From IMG/VR virus record IMGVR_UViG_3300027917_000034, positions 17,892 to 81,891 of that record: a DNA stretch of 64,000 nucleotides; one strand, given 5' to 3'. The DNA is from a virus. Each line of letters begins with the position of its first letter. The stretch's first letter is position 1. Positions 26,182 through 34,494 of this stretch are shown here, one piece after another. The notes below the pieces were generated by a model. That model searched no databases and was not told where the DNA came from. It saw nothing but the letters and a program-made list of their open reading frames with translations. The translations under genes were made by a program, and so were the position numbers.

Positions 26182-26489
26182 GGGGTATCAACAGGACGGT
26201 CCTCTCTGGCAACGTGTCCAGGGAGATCAACTACGACAAGATGCCGGATGGCTCGCCCGTCTTGTCGTTCACGATGGCTTCGGATCGTCCAGCGAACGGA
26301 ACCGTCGTCACAGCGTGGGTGAAGGTGAACGTCTACATCGACACCCTGGTCGAGCAGTGCCGGATGCACCTTGGGTGTGGCGGGTACGTCATCGTGGAAG
26401 GTGAGTTGATGAACCGCGACGGTCGCCACGGAAAACTGACGGAGGTACGGGCGAAGGAAATCATCTTCGTGAAGGAGGGTCGGAAGTGA
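26178..26489 (+). CDS. ssb: bacterial-type SSB OB fold without acidic tail
   Basis: INRTVLSGN, F.MA, TAWV.V, VIVEGEL, EV.A..I.F; 103 aa. Confidence 0.82.
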   Translation: MRGINRTVLSGNVSREINYDKMPDGSPVLSFTMASDRPANGTVVTAWVKVNVYIDTLVEQCRMHLGCGGYVIVEGELMNRDGRHGKLTEVRAKEIIFVKEGRK

Positions 26490-27355
26490 ATAGTGCCGCA
26501 GCAATCGCTGAGTTGCCGGGCTCGGAGGCGTGGGGAGCGAAGATCCGGAAGCGGGCTCGGAACCTCGTCAAGTCGATCAACCAAGGCTACATGGAATTGG
26601 CCGAGATCATCCACACGGTCTGGGCCACCCCGATCAACGGCGAAGCCCACAACGCCTGCGTGACGGTGGCGTGGGGCTACGAGAATTATAAGCAATGGGC
26701 CGAAGAGGAGCTTGGACTCCACGTGCGGAAGGCCGAGCGCCTGAAGGCCATCTGGCACCACCTCCATGTTACGCTGGAGGGGAAGCTGGACCGTCGCATC
26801 CGGAAGAAGATCATCGCTCTCGGCTGGACCAAGGTGCGAGAGTTGATCCGGGTGATCGACGCGGACAACGCGGAGCAGTGGGTGGAAGTGGCAGAGCACC
26901 TCAACTACAACGAATTGTGCGAGGTCATCCGTCGAGCCCTGGAGGACCAGGAGAAGCAGGAGCAGGCCAAGGCGGTCGGCACTGCGGATGACGACGATGA
27001 CGATGAGGACTTCCGGGGCACCGCGCCGCCCGACGACATGGACCGCTTCAAGGAATTGAGCTTCCTACTCACTCCGGAGCAGAAGGCCAACGTCGAGATG
27101 GCCATCGAGCGCGCGAAGCAACTGGCAAACTCCGAGAAGCGTGGGCACTGCCTGGACCTCATCTGCACCGACTTCCTCTCGACCAACGACTTCCGCAAGG
27201 CTGACGACCCGACGACCCCGCTACGCTTCCTGGCGAAATTCGAGCGCCTCATGGGCAAGCGGCTCGTCGTCATCGACGCGACGACGTGGGTGATCGAATA
27301 TGGCATGGACGCCCTGTCGAAAGCCGCCGAGGCGCTGGAGGCGAACGATGAGTGA
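26486..27355 (+). CDS. hypothetical helical protein
   Basis: 289 aa; GTGA overlap. Confidence 0.75.
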   Translation: MNSAAAIAELPGSEAWGAKIRKRARNLVKSINQGYMELAEIIHTVWATPINGEAHNACVTVAWGYENYKQWAEEELGLHVRKAERLKAIWHHLHVTLEGKLDRRIRKKIIALGWTKVRELIRVIDADNAEQWVEVAEHLNYNELCEVIRRALEDQEKQEQAKAVGTADDDDDDEDFRGTAPPDDMDRFKELSFLLTPEQKANVEMAIERAKQLANSEKRGHCLDLICTDFLSTNDFRKADDPTTPLRFLAKFERLMGKRLVVIDATTWVIEYGMDALSKAAEALEANDE

Positions 27356-27590
27356 CCTGAGCATGACCCTTCCGATCACACCGGACAACCTGCACACCGA
27401 ATTGGAGCACGTCGAGGCCATCGTGAGGAAGTGGCGCGAATTCATCGGCAACAAGGGTATCCCCGGGATCGACGCCCCGGCCCAAGATGCCGAGGCGAAG
27501 CTGGACGCCTTCATTCGGCAATTCACGGGCGAGATGTTCTACGTCGCCGGCAAGTGCCAGAACGTCGCCGTGGTGATGTCCGAGCGATGA
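27348..27590 (+). CDS. hypothetical protein
   Basis: GGAGG RBS; coupled at both ends. Confidence 0.7.
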   Translation: MSDLSMTLPITPDNLHTELEHVEAIVRKWREFIGNKGIPGIDAPAQDAEAKLDAFIRQFTGEMFYVAGKCQNVAVVMSER

Positions 27591-28393
27591 CGAAGAAGAA
27601 GGCCAGGACCAAGTTGGAGAGGCTGTCTCCGACTCTCATGGACCCGAATCCATGGAACCCAAACACCATGGACCAGGACGACTACGATCGTCTCGTGAAG
27701 GAGATTGATGAGGTCGGATTCATAGAGGCTGTCCAAGTCATCCCTCTCGAAGACGGACGGTACAGGATCATAGGGGGAGAGCATCGGGTGGCAGCGGCAT
27801 GCGACCTGCGCCTGAAGACGATCCCGGCCATGGTGCTGGACGGGCCGCGCTGGAAGGACGAGGAGCTACAACAGCTTGTCACGGTCCGTCTGAATGTCCT
27901 GTCCGGGCGTATCAACCCAGAGAAGATGGCGATCCTCTACAACCGCTACGCGAAGAAGTACGGTGAGGACGCCCTTCAAAACCTGTTCGCGTTCACCAAT
28001 CAGGATGCGTGGAAGAAGCTGGTCAGCGGGGTCAAGCAAGGGCTCTCCAAGGCCGCCATCCCGAAGGAGAAGCAGCAAGAGTTTGCCGACAAGGCGAAGG
28101 AAGCCAAGACCCTCAAAGACCTCGAACGAATCCTGAACGAGCTATGGTCCAGCTACGGCGACACGGTGCAACTCTCGTTCATGATCTTCACCTACGGCAA
28201 GAGGGAGCACTTCTACGTGGCCATGGACAGCAAGACCCGCAAGGCCGTCAAGCGCATCGGGGAGCACTGCAAGGGCCACGCGAAGGATATCAACACCGTC
28301 CTCGGGCCGGCTCTCCAGGCCCTCGCAGACGTCCTCGACAAAGAGGACAAGCCCACCAAGCAAGCGCCCCGTCAAGATGACGTTGGCTTCTGA
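27587..28393 (+). CDS. ParB/Srx N-terminal domain protein
   Basis: PNPWNPN, GF...V.V, IIGGEHR. Confidence 0.85.
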   Translation: MTKKKARTKLERLSPTLMDPNPWNPNTMDQDDYDRLVKEIDEVGFIEAVQVIPLEDGRYRIIGGEHRVAAACDLRLKTIPAMVLDGPRWKDEELQQLVTVRLNVLSGRINPEKMAILYNRYAKKYGEDALQNLFAFTNQDAWKKLVSGVKQGLSKAAIPKEKQQEFADKAKEAKTLKDLERILNELWSSYGDTVQLSFMIFTYGKREHFYVAMDSKTRKAVKRIGEHCKGHAKDINTVLGPALQALADVLDKEDKPTKQAPRQDDVGF

Positions 28394-28442
28394 CCTGTGG
28401 TACTCATAGACTCGACCGAGAGATCGGTAGAGGTAGGGAACC

Positions 28443-31400
28443 ATGGGCATGATGAGCGCGACCGTTCCGACCGAGGCTCGGCCCTCCCTCATGGAGGCGA
28501 AAGGGCAGCCGAACCCGGAGAATTTCGTGCCGGTGTTCGATTGGGACGCCAAGCGGGTGTGGGTGTGGGTGAAGAAGGCTGGTGGGAAGGTCATCGGCCC
28601 GACAGAGATCCCCCACTCTCAGGTCAAGAAGTACAAGGGAAAGCTCGGCTGGATCGCGAAGAAGGTCCAGATCATCGCGCTCCTCGACCCCTCCACCTAC
28701 GACGACCCGGCCTACCTCTACCCGCCGACCTGGAAGCCGGGTGACTCGCTGGACCCAGAACAGTCCCTCGGGAAGCCGATCAAGGCGAAGTTTGAACCCT
28801 TCAAGATCGAGCCCGCAAAGCCGGCGCCGATGGAGCCCCCGGAAGGGTTCGAGCTACCACCCAACTACACGATCAAGAACGTCACCCCGTCCCACGTGAT
28901 AGCCACCACCCCGGAAGGGACGGACGTGAAGTGGATCAAGGTCACGGACCATTGGGTCCACGCGGACGACCCGACCAAGGACCACGAGCCACTCCAGGCT
29001 TCCGTTCCGAAGAAGGCCAAGCCGAAGGCCAAGGCCAAGCCGAAGAAGAAGCCGGCCAAGTCAACCGCAGCGGCGGCGAAGGCGGCGAAGGCTGCGGCCA
29101 CGGGAACGGAAGCACCTTCCACACCGAAGGCGAAACCATCCACCGGGAAGCCGAAGGGAAAGAAGGTCGTCTCGAAAGACCCGGAGAAGGCCCCGCACCT
29201 GACCAAGTACATCGGCCAGGTAGACCCGAACGGGCTACCCCTGGTGGACGAGCAGCCGGAGGGAGATTTCGAGGAAGAGGAAGCGGCCAAGGGGCTGACG
29301 CTCCTGCCAGACGATCGCGTGGCCAGGTGGCGCCCCAAGCACGGGTACTACCTCATCTACGACTACGACCCGCACTACGGATTCATGTTCTCCAAGAGCG
29401 GGGAGATGGTCTACCCCGAAGACGCCAAGCAACTCATGGACGCCCTACACCTGACGGTGAAGAATGGGCGCTACCACAAGTACGACGTGGCCGGAGACGA
29501 GAAGGAGCAGCCCGGCACGTACTCCGCCCCGCTTCCGCCGAATTGCGAGCCCATCGAGGACAAGGACACGAACGGGCTCCCGATGGTGAAGTCGATCCCG
29601 TCCGACGAGTGGGACGACCCGCAAGTCCTGACCCTGCTCCCGAACAGCCGGCTCGGTCGTTGGGATGAGGTCGCGGAGAAGTACCTCTATTTCGAGTGGC
29701 GGGACATCCTGGGGGACTACAACTACTACCCGACGCAGCCTGAGCAATTCGTGGGCCTCAAAGAGGTCCAGAAGATGCAAGCTCAGGGGGCTGCCCCAGC
29801 CGTCACCCCGAAGGCCCCGCCTCCCACCAAGCCGAAGGGCAAGCCGGCGCCGGTCCCTTCAAAGGCGACGACAGCACCGATCCCGGCGAAGAAGCCGGCC
29901 TCCCCGCCCGTGCTCGCGGGCCAGTTGAAGCCCACCGGGGACAAAGACCCGAAGGGGTACGACATCGGCTCCTACAAGGGCAACACCTACTCCATGCTGC
30001 CGGACAAGAAGGTCGGCGTGTGGTCGGCCTCGAACGGGGGCTACATCCTCTACAAGTACGAACCTGTTGGGGATGCGTTCTACAACACTGCGACGGTGTG
30101 GACGCCTCCAGGCCACCACAAGGCGCTCTCCTACGTGCCCATAAGCGGTGTGGATCACGCCCAACTGTCGGACAGCGAGGGAACGGACGTTGTTGTCCTC
30201 TCGAACGGGAAGTTTGCTCGCTACGAGAAGGGCGGCTGGTGGGCCTACAAGGTGGACCCGACGCAGGGCAAGAAATTCGTTCCGACAGGCGAAGAGATCG
30301 ACACGGACACAATGATCGATCTCTCCGAAGACCCTGCTTACAACACGCTCAGTCCGGCTGGCACTGTCGATGAGAACAGCCTCCCGCAGTACAAGGTCAC
30401 GAGCGGCGCATCGAAGGGCAAGGTCTTCACGATGCTCCCCAATGGGGAGATGGCCCACTACAACCCGAAGTCCAAATTCTACCGGCTCATGACGTTCGAC
30501 CCGGACATCCAAGGGTGGGAAATCTCCTGGCCGAAGGAGACGTTCACTCTCCAGGATATCGACGCCATGTACCTGAAGGCGGGGGCCACGCCGATCAAAC
30601 ACCCGGAGGCCCCACCGAAGGCCAAGCCGAAGACGGCCCCGAAGTCCAAGCCGGACACCGGACCTGAGCCGGAGCCGGCGTTCGTCACTCCAGAGGGCAC
30701 GCTCCCGGACCCGAACACCTTGGACGACATGGGTGCCAAGGGCCTGAAGGGCACGACCCCGGGCCGGACGGTCCTGCAAGACCCGAAGACGGGCCAGCGG
30801 TACCTGTTCAAGCCGGCGATCCAGAAATTCGGAGCCGGCAAGTTGCAGCCGTACAAGGCGAAGTCGCAGGAAGGGTTCGCCGCCATCGCGGCCATCGCCC
30901 GCCCGGACGCCCACGTGCCCGTCGAGACGGTGGAGTACAAGGGTCAACTCGGGACGATCCAGCCCATGATGGACGTGGACCCGAACCAGCCAGATCTGAA
31001 TGGCGTCTCTCCGAACGACCTCACCGATCAGCAGAAGGTGGACATCGCCTCGGAGCACATGCTCGACTGGCTCATGTCGCAGCACGATTCCTTCGCGTCA
31101 AACTTCATCATCACCAAGGAAGGGCGCGTCGTCGGCATCGACAAGGAACAGGGCTGGCGATACGTCAACGACAAAGAGCACCCTGATCGGCTGGCGACGG
31201 ACTACAAGCCGAACACGGAGATCTACGGCGAGCAGGAGCCGTACTACAACAAATTCTGGCGGGCGTTCGCGCAGGGGAAGATGGACTTCAACCCCGAGCA
31301 GATGGCCCCAGCGCTGGCGAAGCTGGAGGCCATGGACGCGACTAAGCTGGAAGGTGTGCTGGAGGACTACGCGGCCACCGTCACGCGCATGAAGGGGCCG

Positions 31401-33266
31401 GCGAAGGCATACGAGCGCTACGCATTCGTGAAGCAGATGCTCTCCCGCCGCGCCACGCTCCGCGCGGATTTCGAGAAATTCATCACGCGCCAGTACGAGA
31501 AGCGGGAGGGGACTCCTGGGAAATTCACGTTCGACCAGGGGTGGATTCCGGAGGGAGCGGAGGCACGGGAGAAGACCCACGAGACCTTGACGCTCACGGC
31601 TCGCGATTGGGCGCTCCGGGAGTTTGGATCTTCGGCACTGAAGCCGCACAAGGACTACCCCGAGTACATCCTCGTCCGGGTGACGCGCGACGAGCCCGTC
31701 ACCAAGGTCCAGGAATTTCTCGCCAAGATGGGCGTGGAGCCGGTGCAGACGGCTCCCGGTGGAGGCCCGCTGCCGACCACGAACCCAATCATGGGTACCA
31801 ACTACAACAGCGTCATCGTGCGTGTGTCGGACCTCGAAAAGACGGTCACGCGCAAGGTGGAGATCAAGCAAGAGAAGGGGCAGAAATTCGCGAACCACAA
31901 GGGCGCCCCGACCTACTTCTCGGCCGCGCTCGCTCCGCCGGCTGCTCCTGGGGACGTCAAGGCGTTGGCCACGGCGCACACGGAGAAGCTGGGCTCCCTC
32001 GGCAAGAATTTCACCCTGGACGCCGACGCTGTGGAGCAGCAGACGGCCTCGGTCCAGCGGGTCATCTCTCCGGAGGGGGAGACCTACTACACCGTCCATT
32101 TCAAGCTCCGCAAGCCCTACTGGAAGCCGCTCATGAACGCGGGCAAGTCCGGGGCGTACACGTGGCCCCTCGGAGCCTACGACGAGACGCAGGACGCCCT
32201 CGTCGCGTCGTCCTACCAGGGCGGCGCTCACTCGGAGTCGGGGCGAGTGTTCACGTCCGGCAAGCACAAGATGGTCATCCTCGGGGACTCCTCTCAGTGG
32301 GCATTCCGTGGTTCCGTCTACGCGGACATCCACGTCAAGGGGAGCACCAGCGTTCTGTCGGCTCTGACGACGCTCATGAAGATGGCCGGGCTGGACAAGA
32401 AGGTGATCAAAGATCCGACGCCCGAGGACATCGAAGTTTACAACATGACCCAGGCGCTCTGGTCGCTGTCCCCGAAGAAGCACAAGGCCCTGACCGATAG
32501 CGACTTGAACGTGGAGACGCTGCGGAAGAAGCTGAAAGGCGTCCTCACCAAGGATCAGATCGCGTCCATCCGGCAGGTCAAGGGCACGGTCGGACGCGGT
32601 GCTCCGATCATTCCGGGGCTGTGGAAGACCCTCGGCGGCGGGACACCGGACAAGCCGGTCGTTCGCTTCCTCTTCTGGACGGTCAACACGACGAGCCCGG
32701 CGCGGATTATCAAGTCGGCTGCTACGGGCATCCATGAGCGTCTGCGCCTCGGCGTCGGCGTCGGCAAGGGCACCTCGGAGTCGTCAGACATGGCGTCCGG
32801 CGGCGCAGACGCGACGACGGTGCGGATCGCCACGGTCGGCGGCAAGCATCATGGAGTCAGCAACGTCGGGAGCGTGAGCCGTCCAGTCAAACTCATCATC
32901 GCCCCGGAGATCCTGGACAGGCTGGACATCCACATCGCCAGCAATGACTCCTACGGGTGCACGAACCCGAACAACTCGAACGCTTCCTACTTCACCGGGC
33001 GCAAGGGCCTGAGCCAGGCGGTGAAGCACTTCAACGATCAGGGCAACTACGGAGGGAGCACGGAGGTCGTCATCCGTCGCGGGGTTCCGCCGGAGATGAT
33101 CAAGCGTATCTGCTGCTCGAACGAGAGCGACCGGAAAGACATTCTGGAGCGCATGGAGAAGGCCGGCGTGACGGAGTGGAACGGCTGCCCCATCGAGGAT
33201 TTCGTCGTGGTGGAGAACAACCAGGATGCAATCTATAATAAGTACCTGAAGCCGCTGGGGTACTGA
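28443..33266 (+). CDS. 1607-aa multidomain protein: repeats + HipA/PI3K-like kinase + putative ADP-ribosyltransferase-like C-terminus
   Basis: YLFKP, E, DWL..QHD...NF, GIDK; five N-terminal repeats; C-terminal S..D..SGGAD...STEVV. Confidence 0.65.
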   Translation: MGMMSATVPTEARPSLMEAKGQPNPENFVPVFDWDAKRVWVWVKKAGGKVIGPTEIPHSQVKKYKGKLGWIAKKVQIIALLDPSTYDDPAYLYPPTWKPGDSLDPEQSLGKPIKAKFEPFKIEPAKPAPMEPPEGFELPPNYTIKNVTPSHVIATTPEGTDVKWIKVTDHWVHADDPTKDHEPLQASVPKKAKPKAKAKPKKKPAKSTAAAAKAAKAAATGTEAPSTPKAKPSTGKPKGKKVVSKDPEKAPHLTKYIGQVDPNGLPLVDEQPEGDFEEEEAAKGLTLLPDDRVARWRPKHGYYLIYDYDPHYGFMFSKSGEMVYPEDAKQLMDALHLTVKNGRYHKYDVAGDEKEQPGTYSAPLPPNCEPIEDKDTNGLPMVKSIPSDEWDDPQVLTLLPNSRLGRWDEVAEKYLYFEWRDILGDYNYYPTQPEQFVGLKEVQKMQAQGAAPAVTPKAPPPTKPKGKPAPVPSKATTAPIPAKKPASPPVLAGQLKPTGDKDPKGYDIGSYKGNTYSMLPDKKVGVWSASNGGYILYKYEPVGDAFYNTATVWTPPGHHKALSYVPISGVDHAQLSDSEGTDVVVLSNGKFARYEKGGWWAYKVDPTQGKKFVPTGEEIDTDTMIDLSEDPAYNTLSPAGTVDENSLPQYKVTSGASKGKVFTMLPNGEMAHYNPKSKFYRLMTFDPDIQGWEISWPKETFTLQDIDAMYLKAGATPIKHPEAPPKAKPKTAPKSKPDTGPEPEPAFVTPEGTLPDPNTLDDMGAKGLKGTTPGRTVLQDPKTGQRYLFKPAIQKFGAGKLQPYKAKSQEGFAAIAAIARPDAHVPVETVEYKGQLGTIQPMMDVDPNQPDLNGVSPNDLTDQQKVDIASEHMLDWLMSQHDSFASNFIITKEGRVVGIDKEQGWRYVNDKEHPDRLATDYKPNTEIYGEQEPYYNKFWRAFAQGKMDFNPEQMAPALAKLEAMDATKLEGVLEDYAATVTRMKGPAKAYERYAFVKQMLSRRATLRADFEKFITRQYEKREGTPGKFTFDQGWIPEGAEAREKTHETLTLTARDWALREFGSSALKPHKDYPEYILVRVTRDEPVTKVQEFLAKMGVEPVQTAPGGGPLPTTNPIMGTNYNSVIVRVSDLEKTVTRKVEIKQEKGQKFANHKGAPTYFSAALAPPAAPGDVKALATAHTEKLGSLGKNFTLDADAVEQQTASVQRVISPEGETYYTVHFKLRKPYWKPLMNAGKSGAYTWPLGAYDETQDALVASSYQGGAHSESGRVFTSGKHKMVILGDSSQWAFRGSVYADIHVKGSTSVLSALTTLMKMAGLDKKVIKDPTPEDIEVYNMTQALWSLSPKKHKALTDSDLNVETLRKKLKGVLTKDQIASIRQVKGTVGRGAPIIPGLWKTLGGGTPDKPVVRFLFWTVNTTSPARIIKSAATGIHERLRLGVGVGKGTSESSDMASGGADATTVRIATVGGKHHGVSNVGSVSRPVKLIIAPEILDRLDIHIASNDSYGCTNPNNSNASYFTGRKGLSQAVKHFNDQGNYGGSTEVVIRRGVPPEMIKRICCSNESDRKDILERMEKAGVTEWNGCPIEDFVVVENNQDAIYNKYLKPLGY

Positions 33267-33267
33267 G

Positions 33268-33690
33268 ATGGGAATTCCGTTCGAGAGAGTCTACAGGTCA
33301 AAGCGGGATGGAGACCCGCACTGGTCCATCGTCATGGGCTTGACGCCACTGCCCGGCAGGAAGGGCGTGTGGATGTGGAGGGCGAGCGAGACTCACCCCG
33401 AGATCGCCCTTCGCGGGGAGGTGTTCGAGGGTGAGGACGGCAAACTCGTCCTCGTCGGTCCCGATGGACGCCACACGTTCGAGCCCCTCACGATCGAGAC
33501 GTGGGAAGACATGCGCGATGACGTGGGAGGGTTCGAGGAAATCCGGAAGGCGATCAACACCGACACCTTCCTCCAGTCCTGGTATTGGGACGAATTCGCG
33601 CACGACGGGGCAGGCAATGAGATAGGCCAGGCCGAAGTGCTCGCCCGGCTGACAGAGCGCGAACGTCCCGACGAGCGCGCCGAATCGTGA
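33268..33690 (+). CDS. hypothetical protein coupled to the large gene
   Basis: ATG 1 nt after stop; Trp-rich, acidic C-half. Confidence 0.7.
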   Translation: MGIPFERVYRSKRDGDPHWSIVMGLTPLPGRKGVWMWRASETHPEIALRGEVFEGEDGKLVLVGPDGRHTFEPLTIETWEDMRDDVGGFEEIRKAINTDTFLQSWYWDEFAHDGAGNEIGQAEVLARLTERERPDERAES

Positions 33691-33965
33691 CCCGCACGCT
33701 GATCGTCATCGTTCCTTCCACGCGCGTCCCGGCGTCGGAGTTTGTGACCATCCTGTCTGCCAACGGCATCGACACTATCAGCCTCGGCACGGGGACTGCG
33801 AAGGTACGGACAGCGCAGGGCCGTGAGAACAGGGTTGCGGGCGCGCTCGTAGCTGCTATCCTGTCGGCCGATCTGAGGCGTGCCAGAGCGCACGCGAAGC
33901 TGTGCGGTGTGCATCTCTCGACCCTCGAAATAAACGGGTGCCCTTCAAGAGCAAACGTGGTATAG
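33687..33965 (+). CDS. hypothetical protein
   Basis: GTGA overlap. Confidence 0.45.
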   Translation: MTRTLIVIVPSTRVPASEFVTILSANGIDTISLGTGTAKVRTAQGRENRVAGALVAAILSADLRRARAHAKLCGVHLSTLEINGCPSRANVV

Positions 33966-33966
33966 T
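33958..33966 (+). promoter_or_regulatory. extended -10 promoter
   Basis: TGGTATAGT about 50 nt before the AAGGAG-ATG. Confidence 0.5.
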
Positions 33967-34017
33967 CCCCCCATGGATGTTGGGAGTGATCGCTCCCATG
34001 GATAAGGAGATCGGACG

Positions 34018-34488
34018 ATGGCAAACGAGACGTCCCAAGTCGCAGGTGTGGCCGAAGCCGTGAAGAAGGCGAAGGGGAAGCCGGCGAAGAAGCGCAGCAA
34101 GGCCAAGGCGAAGCCCCCGAAGGCGACCAAGGCGCGGAAGAAGAAGGGCGCCACCCCCAGGAAGAAGGCCCCGAAGATGACCTCCGAGAAGACAGCCCCG
34201 ACGAGCGGGCAGAGCGGGCCGCCCATAGAGCTTTCCGTGGAGGGCCTCAACACGAAAGAGGCCAAGATCTTCTCCGCGCTCAATGGCTCGGGCTCCGGCG
34301 TTCGGACGATCATGACGATCACCGAATTGGCGGCGGAGTGCTTCAAGTCGCGCGGGAAGAAGCAGGCCAACTCGTGGACGCGGAATTCGCTTCGGCGCCT
34401 CGTGCAGTCTGGCCTCGTGGAGAAGGTGGAGCGCGGCAAGTACCGCGTGTCGGACGCCGGCCGGAAGAAGCTGGCCCGCGCCGCGTAG
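34018..34488 (+). CDS. histone H1-like Lys/Ala/Pro-rich protein with C-terminal winged helix
   Basis: KKAKGKPAKK tract; TITELA...RNSLRRLV.SGLVEKV.RGKY. Confidence 0.75.
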   Translation: MANETSQVAGVAEAVKKAKGKPAKKRSKAKAKPPKATKARKKKGATPRKKAPKMTSEKTAPTSGQSGPPIELSVEGLNTKEAKIFSALNGSGSGVRTIMTITELAAECFKSRGKKQANSWTRNSLRRLVQSGLVEKVERGKYRVSDAGRKKLARAA

Positions 34489-34494
34489 TCCCAC

